Below, one piece after another: positions 53,068-64,000 of a DNA stretch of 64,000 bases (position 1 is its first letter; the number at the start of each line of letters is the position of its first letter). Below the pieces are notes generated by a model. That model ran no database searches, was not told the DNA's origin, and saw only the letters and a list, made by a program, of their open reading frames with translations. This DNA is from Octopus vulgaris. Lineage: Eukaryota. Location: assembly GCA_951406725.2 (NCBI GenBank), contig OX597820.1, positions 29,202,001 through 29,266,000 on the forward strand, read 5' to 3'. The position numbers and the translations under genes are program-made.

Positions 53068-54062
53068 CCACCATTACTGATGACACTGAGGAACTCTCCT
53101 GGCGAAAGCATATTCTTGATATAACGAGGACCACGTCCCAACAACTAGCCTTTCTTTTCAGATGCTTCATTCTCACCCCCAGTAATTAGTGATAAAGCTC
53201 GGATGAAACCATCCACAATGGTACATTGATCTTACATCTGTGGTGGAGCTGTCACACACACACACACACACAGCTGTCTCTTATTACATCTAGAAAGAGT
53301 ACCCAACTCATTTGTTCAGGCCTTGAGCCCATGTCTGCTTTCTCACTGGCTTTTTATTTTACATATTTTACAATCATGTGGATTCTAAGAGTTCGTAAGC
53401 GTTAGCATGTTTTTGTGTCTGTGTGTTCGTTAGGCGTAAAAAGGTACTGACCAGTGAAATGACGATGGGATTTGATTCACAGTTAATGTTGTTGGTATCG
53501 GCTTGGCAACAGGTAATAACAGATGGCTTAAGGTAGTTCTTAGAAGAAACTAGAACCCAAGAACAGATAATTGATTTACCGTTTATGAGGTACACTGTAA
53601 GAGTTCCCAATCAAGATATTGCATGTCGCAGTTGAGATTAATTGAATCACTCGTTGTGTTTATCTTTCTCTTGATATGAATATACTTCCAGACATGTTAC
53701 TGTAGCCGTTTTTTCCGTGGCGAGAATTTCACCTAACCGCTATAGTTGAATCTGTAGTTGTCTCGTGTACAAATTAAATCTTCGATGTTTGTCGATTGGT
53801 TCTTGTTGCTTCTTCATTATTTTCTGCTTGGTTATTTTTCTCTAGTTATAGATATCTTGTAACCGTTCTTCATGGTGATTTTTCACACTAACATTATAAG
53901 AGGTATCTGTAACATCTTGTATTACTGGTGGTCGCCTGCCTTCGGACTGGAACTTGGTCGAGTATTCTCTGTGTGGTCAGAGACTTAGCTCTTAAAAGAA
54001 CTAAAAGCCTAAGACGAGCTCTGTGGTCAGAGGTTCGCCCTGAGAAGGGCTGGAAACCTAAG

Positions 54063-55920
54063 TATTTCTTTATTACCCACAAAGGGGCCACGAAGAGGGG
54101 GACATTACAAGACGGGACATGGGGTACATAAAGTAAAAATAAAATATGAAGTAAAGATGAATTATATGTAATGAGATGGAACGGCTTACGAACCCCCAAC
54201 TCGCAGTTCCGTTTAAAATACAATTGCACATTTCACAATTACATATATTCCAGTTCAAAATACAATTTTACAGTTACATATATTCCAGTTCAAAATACAA
54301 TAATTTTACAATTTACATTTTAACATTACATATATTCCTGTTCAAAATACAACTTTACATTTTACAATTTTACAATTAACAATTTTACTTTTTAACCTTA
54401 CATATATTCTAATTCTTTTATATTGGACGTTCGTCCGTCATATATTCTAATAGGTCCATTTGGTCTATTACATTTGGTAAATTGTCATACCGTACATAAT
54501 GCGTTATATGAATAGCATTAAATATCCTTTTTAACCTTGTGTATGTTTCCCTCTCCACAATTGCGCCCTTCACATCGTCACCATACAGTTTTGGGCTCAC
54601 CCTCACCCTGACCAACCCCTTCCCACCTGCAAGTCTCTCCTCCACCTCTGCATTCCTGATACACATCACAACCACCTTCAGGTTCCCTCCCGTAGGCCCC
54701 CCTCCACACCTACACGATTCCAACCGCCCGCTCACTCCCGTCTCCCATTCCTGTTCAAACTCTGTCCTTGGCCGCTCTCTCGCCCTCTCCTCCACCTCCT
54801 GCTCCTTGCATGCTCTCTCTTCCCCCTCCTCTGCTATCCTGCTTTTGATCTTCCTCCCCTCTAGAACTTTCGGTGGTGATTCCACCCCCGTTCTCCTCCC
54901 ATCCTCCGTTCTTTCCTCCTCTGCACCTGCTCGCTCCCCTCCCGCATCCCCATTCAGCTGCTCCTCCACTCCTGCCTCCTCCGCCTTCGCTTCCTCCTGC
55001 ACCTCTCCCTCCTCCACACACGCATCCTCACACTCCTCCACCACAGCCTCCGGTGCTTCTGCTCCCTCCCGCGGGCACACATCCCTCATGTGGCCCCTCG
55101 ATCCACAACTATAGCAGATTGGGGGTCCTCCCTCCACCACAACTCCAAGCCGCGTCTCATCAGGGTAGACCAACTCCTCCGGGATATTGCACAGGCCTCG
55201 CACGGCCATGTGTGCCAGAACCTGCACCGCACATCCCCACCACTCAACCTCTGCTGACCTCTCCACCTTCAACACCTCCACACCATCCTTGCAGTTGAAA
55301 ACCACTGCCGCCAACAACCTCTCCATATTAAATTCGGGCGAAATTCCACCAATTCTCATCCTCACCGCCCCCCCTCCGCAGCAACTTGGTAGCAAAGTCC
55401 ACCCATCCGATTTCAAAACTCCTGTTGCACTCTTCCCTGCTTCACTCTCTGTTTCGAAATACACCACCACCGCGGCACACCTCCCTCCTCCTTTGAAAAA
55501 TGTGGGCTCACCCTCAACTTCCTTCAGACACCCCTCCACCTCTTCCATCTCTGCCACTTCAACCCTCCTCGACGCCACACACCATGTCCTGTACGCCATC
55601 ACACGCCTCTCCGCGTTGCCTTCCTCCTCCTCGGACGGTGTGACCCTCACGCAGCCACCCTCCCTCCTCAAACCGTCGAAATACCTTTGCAAAGTCCTCC
55701 GCTCGACCACCACCTCCTCCATTTCCAGTTCACTGGCAACCAGGCCTCCGCCCGCCGCTCTCGCACAAGTCCACTCTTGCATTTTCAAGAATCTCAAAAA
55801 AAAAAAAAAAAAAAAAAAAAACCATTCCACGTCCTCCAACGAACTCGAACTCACAACCTCCTCACAATGACGCACTCGAAACAAACACACCAGAACAACT
55901 CCAACTAACTAACTCAAAGA
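54063..55920 (-). mobile_element. ORF1-only non-autonomous retroposon (HAL1-like architecture), intact copy
   Basis: 13-bp perfect TSD CTGGAAACCTAAG (54050-54062, 55921-55933); single ORF; AT-rich 3'UTR; tail ...GCCCCTTTGTGGGTAATAAAGAAATA; no RT or endonuclease. Confidence 0.85.
54418..55782 (-). CDS. Gag/ORF1-like protein with CCHC zinc knuckle (454 aa from the first ATG)
   Basis: VEGGPPICYSCGSRGHMRDVC (CX2CX4HX4C), acidic linker, C-terminal domain conserved in two other copies; the ATG at 55782 aligns with MENRQSYAAA of the 46653 copy. Confidence 0.8.
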   Translation of the reverse strand: MQEWTCARAAGGGLVASELEMEEVVVERRTLQRYFDGLRREGGCVRVTPSEEEEGNAERRVMAYRTWCVASRRVEVAEMEEVEGCLKEVEGEPTFFKGGGRCAAVVVYFETESEAGKSATGVLKSDGWTLLPSCCGGGAVRMRIGGISPEFNMERLLAAVVFNCKDGVEVLKVERSAEVEWWGCAVQVLAHMAVRGLCNIPEELVYPDETRLGVVVEGGPPICYSCGSRGHMRDVCPREGAEAPEAVVEECEDACVEEGEVQEEAKAEEAGVEEQLNGDAGGERAGAEEERTEDGRRTGVESPPKVLEGRKIKSRIAEEGEERACKEQEVEERARERPRTEFEQEWETGVSGRLESCRCGGGPTGGNLKVVVMCIRNAEVEERLAGGKGLVRVRVSPKLYGDDVKGAIVERETYTRLKRIFNAIHITHYVRYDNLPNVIDQMDLLEYMTDERPI

Positions 55921-56008
55921 CTGGAAACCTAAGACGAATATTTTTCTGAGAAACCTTGTTTTATAAGCTTCATCAGGCTCCCAGTGAACTTCAGAAATGG
56001 AAAGCTGT

Positions 56009-56111
56009 GATTGGCTGCTTGGAACTATGGCGCGAAAATAAGTCGAGACATTTTGCGCCAAGTTATAACCAGCGGTGCGAGCGTAGTAGAGACCAACGTG
56101 TCAGCCAATCG
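56009..56111. promoter_or_regulatory. Candidate promoter: CCAAT boxes flanking two E2F-like sites
   Basis: ATTGG 56010, GGCGCGAAA 56029-56037, TTTTGCGCC 56051-56059, CCAAT 56105 in a CpG-retaining patch. Confidence 0.35.
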
Positions 56112-56548
56112 AATTAGTGTTTACAACAATGTTGAACTAGCCAAAGCTGTTTGTAATCTCGACCGAGGTCATTCTTAATACTCTTCTCAAACAGTGAAGA
56201 TAGCAATGAGAGACGATATTGCTACAGATGCATGCATGTCGTTATTTCGTTTTATTTTTGTATTCCACACCAACAAAGAGCCAGTTTCTAACCTAGATCC
56301 AAGGCTCCTTCATTGGAATTTCTACATCATTGAAGTGTGCGTGTGTGTGTGTATGTATGTATCCATGGATGTATGTACGTACGTATGTATGTATGCATGC
56401 ATGTATATGTGTAGATTTGAAAGTTTTGTTTATTTTTCTTTGTATATATTATCTGTAGAGCTGCATGTCTAGATATGCTCGTATATACTTGAATGATAAA
56501 CCTCTGGCAAGTTTTACAGATTCTTATAGTTTCCTGATGGCTTGCATC

Positions 56549-56735
56549 TCATCATCATCATCATTTAACGTCCGTTTTCCATGCTAGCATGGGTTGGACG
56601 GTTTTGACTGAGGGCTGGCAACCAGATGGCTGCACCAGGCTCCAGTCTTGATCTGGCAGAGTTTCTGCAGCTAGATGCCCTTCCTAACGCCAACCACTCC
56701 GAGAGTGTAGTGGGTGCTTTTTACGCGCCACCTGC
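56549..56735 (-). mobile_element. RTE-type 3'UTR/tail fragment
   Basis: (TGA)n tail; GGTGGCGCGTAAAAAGCACC matches GGTGGCACATAAAAAGCACC at about 63958 in the RTE 3'UTR. Confidence 0.7.
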
Positions 56736-56954
56736 ATAATATCTATAGTCTTCAAATTAGCTTTCCCCTTTCTGGTTTCAAGAAGCCTAATTTCTCAAGA
56801 TTAGTACTTAGGCAGTATGCTACATATCGCAGTGCCCCAACAATTACAGGTATAAACTTGAACTTGTAATCTGGGTAGAGTAAGTAAATTTCTCAATAGT
56901 TCAGCGTAGGTATTTTCTTTTTCGCTGATTTTTAGCTTTATGTTAATATTGAGA

Positions 56955-57056
56955 GAATAAAAATAGGCTGGGCAAAGTTCAGAGAGCTTCTACCTCTGTT
57001 AGCAACAAAGAGCCTCTCTCTCAGAGTGAAAGGCAGACTGTATGATGCCTGTGTGC
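56955..57056 (+). mobile_element. Short fragment of the RTE family seen at 61655
   Basis: TGGGCAAAGTTCAGAGAGCT...AGAGTGAAAGGCAGACTGTATGATGC matches 63113-63195. Confidence 0.8.
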
Positions 57057-57598
57057 CACATAAGAACAACCATGCATCCATTCTTACACCTATTTCCTAA
57101 AATAAAAAAGAACTAGCTGTACATATATTTCATGCTAGATGAAGACAAAAAAAAAAAAGAAAAATAACAATAAAAAAAGCTAACATTATATAAAAATTTA
57201 TTGTCTTGATTTTCGTTTTGTCTTTGATGTTATTTCATCTTTTCTTTTTTTGGTTTTAATATCAAGAGCAACATTCTTTTAAATCTGAACAAATTTATAC
57301 AGCAGTGAATGAAATGAAATAAAAATGGGTGGTAACAATTTTGTTTTTGTAATTACATCATGGGTAATGAGGGATGGGGTGTAACACTGAAAACTTTATC
57401 TCCACATAGTATGTATGAAATTGGCCAGCTGGAGCACTCATAACACTCTATCTCTCTTTTTCACTCTATTTCACTTTCTCTCTTATCGGCAGACTGTAGG
57501 TAGATCATGAAGTGAAACAGCACCTTCGTTAGTGAACAAGATAAATTAAACCTGACTATTTACAACTTATGTTTCTTTCATGGAGAAATAATAATTTT

Positions 57599-57952
57599 AA
57601 CAAGAGCACACAGAGAGCCCAAACCGCCGCCAAGGCAACACCTAACGATTAGCCAGAGATGATTTTTAAAACGAGAATATCTTAAATAAACTCAACTGCT
57701 TTCACAAACGAGAATGCTAAAGATGAACCCAACCACTCTCAAAAATTAAATTAAAAAAACAGAAAAATAATCCAGAATCTGTTTCCAGTACCAGATCGAT
57801 CCTAATCAGTTCATGCCAATCACAGGACGAAATATCCCTGAATGTTTCATCCAAATCCATCCAGTAGTTCTTGAGATATCTTGTCCACGGAGAAACAAAC
57901 AAACAAATATGATTGAAAACAATACCTCTGCCTTCGCTAAGGTGAAAGTAAT
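57599..57952. mobile_element. Helentron-associated (HINE-like) non-autonomous element
   Basis: AACAAGAG start, CCGCCAAGG subterminal motif, terminal hairpin ACCTCTGCCTT..AAGGTGAAAGT; class is inference. Confidence 0.5.
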
Positions 57953-57954
57953 AA

Positions 57955-58622
57955 TAATGGTTTCAAATTTTGGCAGGTCAGCTAGGGGGGAAGGGGGTTA
58001 GTCAATTACATCGACCCCCAGTGTTTCACTCGCCAACACTTTCTACTAAAGCACAAGGCCTGAAATTTTGGAGGAGAGGGATAGTCAATTACATCAACCC
58101 TAGTACTCGACTGGTACTCGTTCCACTGACCCCGAAAGACGAAAGGCAAAGTCGACCTCAGAGGAATAATAATAATTCTACTATAGGCACAATGTCAGAA
58201 ATTTAGGGGAAGGGGCTGGTCAATTACTTCGGCCCCAGGGCTCAACTGACACATTATTTTATTGACCCCAAAAGGATGAAAAGCAAAGTTGACCTCAGCA
58301 GTATTTGAACTCAGAACGTACAGCAGAGAAGAAATGCCGCTAAGCATTTCGTCCAGCATGCTAATGATTCTGCCAGCTACCTTTAATGATAATAATTCTT
58401 ACTGTTATAAGCACAAAGCCTGAAATTTTGGAGGAGGGTGAGGATAAGACAATTAATTACATCTATACCAATGTTCAATGGTACTTATCTTATTTTATCA
58501 ACCCTGAGAAGATGAAATGTAAAGTCAACCTTGGCGGAATTTGAACTCAGAACTAAAGAGCCGGAAGAAATCTGCTAGGCATTTTTCCCAATGTGCTAAT
58601 GATTCTGTCAGTTTGCTGCCTT
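57955..58622 (-). mobile_element. Cluster of diverged SINE family B copies
   Basis: Repeated CACAAGGCCTGAAATT tail and GATGAAAGGCAAAGTC core, with many CpG transitions. Confidence 0.8.
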
Positions 58623-59069
58623 AAGAATCTGCTATAATAATACTCTTGTGTTTTTCCCTGTCACAACATATGAATGAGAAAGGAAGGAGTGATAGATGAA
58701 AAGGAAGGTAGGGGTGATGGCAAACTGGTAGTGGGAGCATTTCAACTCTATGTGAGTATATATGTATGTAAAAGGGAGGTATGTGAATGTTTGTGTGTGT
58801 GTGCAATGGAAGTGGGATGGTGAACATTCAACACTGAAAAGAAAAATCAAACAGTGTTTCAACTGTGTGTGTGTGTGCATGTATGAGGGAAGTATGTGAA
58901 TATTTGTATGTGTGAGCCAGCGTTCTTTCAGTAACAAACGACAATCAATGTCACATCTCAAAAGACAACCACTAGATAACATTGACAAGTGTAATAATTT
59001 GATTTGCCATTCATATTTATATATAAAATACTGTCATTTTTAATGGTACGGGGCCAGCTAGTAATAATA

Positions 59070-59287
59070 ATAATCCTTTTTACTATAGGCACAAGGCCTG
59101 AAATATGGAGGAGGGAGCATAGTCGATTACATCAACCCCAATGCTCAACTGGTACTTATTTCATCAACCCCAAAAGGATGAAAGGCAAAGTCAACCTCGG
59201 CAGAATTTGAACACAGAACGAAAAGACAGACCAAACGCCGCTAAGCATTTTGCCCAGCATGCTAACGATTCTGCCAGCTTGCCTCCT
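59070..59287 (-). mobile_element. SINE family B
   Basis: Full-length, CpG-decayed. Confidence 0.82.
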
Positions 59288-59328
<41 letters not shown>

Positions 59329-59822
59329 ATAAATACAAATTTCTAAATTTGCCACAAAGGAAAAGATATCTTGAGGGAAGGGTTACAGTTGATTATGTCA
59401 GCCAACCTAGCCTTGGGAAGTAACTTTCTCGACCTCTTGAAAGTGTTAAAGCAAAGTCGACATCGGTAGAATCTGAACCCAGCTTGTAAAGCAATGCCAA
59501 CAAATACACTACCAATCATTTCGTTCAACACACAACTTACATCACCAATCCACCACATTTAATGATAATTAATTAAAAATACTAATGCGTTTGATAAAGT
59601 GACAACACAAATGCTTGCTCACATTGACACGAGGATACGGGTTTCAGAGGAGAAGGGTGGATTATAGGTGACTTAAGTCCTCAACCAAAAAGGGTTGCTG
59701 TAAGACAAAAAAAAAAGGTGACCTTCACCCAAGGTGGGTTTTGAATTCAGTGTTTATTAGAATCTGTTCCTTGTCTGGGGATAAAGTTAGTTTCAGGTCC
59801 AGTTTTGGTAAAAAGCTTGTTC

Positions 59823-60127
59823 TCAGATCACTTGGAACTCTGGAGAGCTTGCGGGCTGTGTTCCAGGTGAGTTGCTGCCAGGGGAATTATAATGTGACCT
59901 GTCGGATCGGTCTTTGTCGCGAGAAGAGAAAGAGTCGGATCTTTCCGGGCGGCTGTCTTTGTGCCTGTGTTTGTGCTTGTGTTTGTTTTTCTTCTTCTTC
60001 TTTTTGGTCTTGTGTAATTTACCGGAACTTTCCTCACTGGAGCCAAGCCTTGAGAAGTCCAGAGACGACTGAGACATCAACTTCAACCCACCGAATGATG
60101 GAGCCGAACCAGGGTTGGGTGGCATTT
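59823..60127 (-). CDS. TAF2: Terminal coding exon, probably TFIID subunit TAF2
   Basis: Polypyrimidine/CAG acceptor (TTTTCTCCTTTTTTACCAG) before 60127; encodes KKKKKKNKHKHKHRHKDS...SPGSNSP...SSPEF, like the K/H-rich TAF2 C-terminus; TGA stop; AATAAA at 59753-59758. Upstream exons lie outside the window. Confidence 0.62.
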
Positions 60128-60239
60128 CTGGTAAAAAAGGAGAAAAGAAAACATAACAGTTTTATTTTTTTGATACAACTGTAAATTACAGGATGGATGG
60201 TCAGGAAAGGAAATAACACACAGGTTTTTATCTTTTTTT

Positions 60240-60628
60240 CTTTTATTCTTCTACTCGTCTCAGTCATTTGACTGCAGCCATGCTGGGGCATCACCATGAA
60301 GGGTTTTAGCCAAACAAATCTACCCCCTAACCTACTTTTCTTAAGCCTAGTACTTATTATATTAGTCACTTTTGCTGAACTGCTAAGTTACAGGAACACA
60401 AACACACCAACACCAGTTGTCAAGCAGTGGTGAGCACACACACACACACACATGTACACACACACACACACACATGTACACACACACACACACACATCTG
60501 TCTATCAAATCCACTCACAAGGTTTTGGTCAGCCCAAGGCTAAAGTAGAAGATGCTTGCTCAAGATGCCATGCAGTGGGAATGAACCTGAAACCATGTGG
60601 TTGGGAAGCAAGCTTCTTACCACACAGT
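60240..60628 (-). mobile_element. SINE family A (intronic, CpG-decayed)
   Basis: Consensus CpGs replaced by TG/CA. Confidence 0.82.
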
Positions 60629-61076
60629 CAATATGTTACAAAACCAAACATGGGGGGAAAAAACAAACAAGCAAGCTGATCTTAGAATCAAATGTCAAAG
60701 AGCATTATTCTGTATAATGAATATAAGCAACAAAGGAGAAAAGACAATAAAACAAGTGTAGATGTAGGCACAGCTGAGTGATTAAGAAGTTCACACTGTA
60801 ACCATGTTGTTATGGGTTCAATCTCACAGCATGGCACCTTGGGCAAGTGTCTTCTAATATAGCATGAAAGAGTTTACCTATAACTCTTTCTCCCCAAATG
60901 TTTCTCATGACTGGCTGCTGGCAAGTTTTTCTGCAAAAATATGAATATTTTATCCTGTTCCTGCTATTCTGTTAGCCTCTTTCTGCATTTGAGGATTAAC
61001 TTATCCTTGTATCTTTCTATAAGAAAGTTAACTTTGTTTACTTTCATCTTAATATATATATATATATATATATATA

Positions 61077-61427
61077 GGTGTAGGAGTGGCTGTGTGATAA
61101 GTAGCTAGCTTACCAACCACATGGTTCTGGGTTCAATCCCACTGCATGGTGCCTTGGGCAAGTGTCTTCTGCTATAGCCTCAGGCCGATCAAAGCCTTGA
61201 GTGGATTTGGTAGACGGAAACTGAAAGCCTGTTGTATATATGTATATATATGTGTATGTGTATGTGTTTGTATGTCCCCTTAACATCACTTGACAACCGA
61301 TGCTGGTGTGTTTACTTTCCCGTAACTTAGTGGTTCAGCAAAAAGAGACCGATAGTACCAGGCTTACAAAGAATAAGTCCTGGGGTCGATTTGCTCGACT
61401 AAAGGTGGTGCTCCAGCATGGCCACAG
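61077..61427 (+). mobile_element. SINE family A (intronic)
   Basis: Matches consensus with CpG transitions. Confidence 0.85.
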
Positions 61428-61532
61428 AATATATATATATATTAGAAGAAATGAGGTAATCAGAAGATCGGATGGTTCATATTTACAGATATTTATTTAT
61501 ATATTACATTTTTTACATATATATATCATATC

Positions 61533-61565
<33 letters not shown>

Positions 61566-61654
61566 TATGCACATGGCCCAGTGGTTAGAGCAATAGGCAC
61601 ACAATCATGAGGTTGTGAGTTCGACTCCCAGACAAGGCTGTGTGTTGTGCTCTT

Positions 61655-63611
61655 AGAAGCTAGGAGACAGGTTTATTTAGCCAGAGGGGAAGCAGATAAG
61701 AAAAAATTTGCCAATGTTCTGCGCCGTGAGGACCAAAGACTGGAGGTGTTTCGTGTTGCAAGACAGTGTGTGAGAGAGAATCGTGATGTGGTAGGAGAGA
61801 AGTGTGTTCGCATGGAAGATGGTTCACTTGCGCTAAATGAGGATGCAAAGAGAGAGGTTTGGAGATGCCACTATGAAAGGTTGCTGAATGAAGAAAATGA
61901 ATGGGATAAAGAGAGTCTGCCGAATGTTGACCCAACAGAGGGACCAGCTATCCGAGTTGATAGTTCCGTGGTAGCTAAGGCAATTAGAAGCATGAAGACA
62001 GGGAAAGCCCCAGGCCCATCAGGAATCACTGCAGAGATGCTCAAAATGTCTGGTAGTGTCGGCTATAGCCTAGTCACCCGTATAGTTAATCAGGTGATAC
62101 ACAAAGGGGTCATACCCAATGACTGGTGTAGCAGTATAATAGTCAACTGCTACAAAGGTAAAGGTGATGCCCTAGATACAAATAACTACAGAGGTATCAA
62201 GCTGTTGGACCAGGTGATGAAGGTTACGGAGAGGGTCATAGCCCAACTAATTAGAGAGAGAGTTAGTTTAGATGAGATGCAGTTTGGGTTTGTGCCAGGG
62301 AAAAGTACTACTGATGCTATATTCCTGGTAAGGCAGCTGCAGGAGAAATACCTAGCCAAAGATAAGCCCCTGTACCTGGCTTTTGTTGACATGGAGAAAG
62401 CCTTCGACAGGGTCCCCCGATCCCTTATCTGGTGGGCAATGAGGAAACTAGGGATAGATGAATGGTTAGTGAGAGCTGTGCGGGCCATGTATAGGGACGC
62501 CGCTAGTAGGGTGAGGGTTGGAAATGTGTACAGTGAAGAATTCCGGGTAGAGGTAGGAGTCCACCAAGGCTCAGTACTCAGCCCCCTCCTATTTATCATA
62601 GTCCTCCAGGCAATAACGGAGGAATTCAAGACAGGATGCCCTTGGGAGCTCCTCTATGCTGATGACCTTGCTCTAATTGCTGAGTCGCTATCAGAACTGG
62701 AGGAGAAGTTTCAGGTGTGGAAACAAGGATTAGAATCGAAGGGCCTCAGAGTCAATCTAGCTAAAACCAAAGTCGTAATCAGTAGGAAGGTAGACAAATC
62801 ACAAACACCTTCAGGTAGATGGCCCTGCTCGATCTGTAGAAAAGGTGTAGGTAGAAACTCTATAAGATGCACCAAGTGTAAGCTATGGACACATAAGAGA
62901 TGCAGCAATGTCAAAGGAAGGCTAACTAGGAAGATGGTTTTTGTATGTGGCAGATGCTCAGGAACAATAAACACTGAAAATGCTCTGAGACCAACTTCCG
63001 TCACTTTCCAGGGAGAAAAACTAGAAATAGTTGATAGTTTCCGTTACCTAGGTGACCAAGTCAGCAGCGGGGGCGGGTGTGCTGAAAGTGTAACTGCTAG
63101 AGTAAGAATAGCTTGGGCAAAGTTCAGAGAGCTCTTACCTCTGCTGGTGACAAAAGGCCTCTCGCACAGAGTGAAAGGCAGACTGTATGATGCGTGTGTA
63201 CGAACAGCCATGCTACATGGCAGTGAAACATGGGCCGTGACTGCTGAGGATATGCGTAAGCTCGCTAGAAATGAAGCCAGTATGCTCCGATGGATGTGTA
63301 ATGCCGGTACTCACACTCGGCAGAGTGTAAGTACCTTGAGAGAAAAGCTGGACCTAAGAAGCATCAGTTGTGGTGTGCAAGAGAGACGTTTGCGCTGGTA
63401 TGGTCATGTGGCGAGAATAGATGAAGATAGTTGTGTGAAAAAGTGCCACACCCTAGCGGTTGAAGGAACCTGTGGAAGAGGCAGACCCAGGAAAACCTGG
63501 GACGAGGTGGTGAAGCACGACCTTCGAACTTTAGGTCTCACTGAGGAAATGACTAGAGACCGAGACCTCTGGAAGTGTGCTGTGCGCGAGAAGACCCGGC
63601 AGGACAAGTGA
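61655..63611 (+). CDS. RTE reverse transcriptase (about 650 aa, endonuclease missing) with embedded PHD-like zinc finger
   Basis: KAPGPSGI, NYRGIKLL, QFGFVPGKSTTDAI, AFVDMEKAFDRV, GVHQGSVLSP, YADD, FRYLG; CSIC..CTKC..H..C..CGRC insert. Confidence 0.9.
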
Positions 63612-64000
63612 GTCCATAACCCGTGGCCTTCTACATGGGATGGAGCCGGCCTACGTATGCATACCTTCCCTTCTTGGGACACAAAACTCTACTTGTGAAG
63701 ACGTGTTGAGGCAAGTGAGGATCAGAATCGAAATCGATCAATGGAAATTGCGGATGTGCTACCAGTGCCGGTGGCATGTCAAAACTCTGCTTGTGAAGAC
63801 CCGTTGAGGCAAGTGAGGATCAGAATCGAAATCGATCAATGGAAATTGCAGATGTGTTACCAGTGCCGGTGGCATGTAAGAGAACTTTCCGTTTCGCGAC
63901 CGTTGCCAGCACCGCCCCGTTTCGTGTCCGTTGCCAGCCTCGCCTGGCCCTCGTGCCGGTGGCACATAAAAAGCACCATCCGTTCGTGGCCGTTTGCCAG
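61655..64000 (+). mobile_element. RTE-clade LINE, 5'-truncated, 3'UTR runs out of the window
   Basis: Uninterrupted RT frame followed by a 3'UTR with a 98-bp tandem duplication; joined at its 5' end to a SINE head (61570-61655). Confidence 0.92.

Noticed and set aside
53087-53125. CTGATGA...GAAAG hammerhead candidate
   Set aside because: Stems I and III cannot be closed convincingly
53374-53610. 78-aa ORF in unique sequence
   Set aside because: Non-ATG start, no recognisable domain or splice support
54539-55870. Plus-strand S/P/T-rich ORFs overlapping the ORF1-like gene
   Set aside because: Antisense shadows of a purine-rich coding strand; not conserved in the 46.6-48.3 kb homologue
55930-55980. 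Minus-strand CTGATGA...GAAAAA hammerhead candidate next to the ORF1-only element
   Set aside because: No stem II adjacent to GAAA and no stem I pairing

Overview
A repeat-saturated eukaryotic window, inferred to be cephalopod (probably Octopus) from the microsatellite load and repeat types. Most ORFs in the track are translations of (TA)n, (TG)n, (GATA)n, (TAA)n or (GAA)n repeats. The only host-gene exon I can support is a terminal coding exon at 59823-60127 (-), which resembles the TAF2 C-terminus. The rest consists of four abundant tRNA-derived SINE families (my working labels A-D), LINE pieces (RTE, CR1/L2-like, R4/Dong-like, L1/Tx1-like), Tc1/mariner remnants, MITEs, Helitron-type elements and Penelope-like fragments. 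Main findings: (1) three highly diverged copies of a short retroposon with a single gag/ORF1-like CCHC-knuckle ORF and no reverse transcriptase (54063-55920 intact; 46467-48678 and about 21780-22373 degraded). The first two have TSDs. All three share a C-terminal domain, a 3'UTR hairpin and a 3' tail also found on an L1/Tx1-like LINE fragment and on SINE family B. (2) Several hammerhead ribozyme folds, including an outward-facing pair on opposite strands at 14119-14310 and a tRNA-headed SINE carrying a hammerhead core. (3) A CpG-decay boundary near 57 kb that suggests gene-body methylation. All family assignments are by eye; no database search was run.
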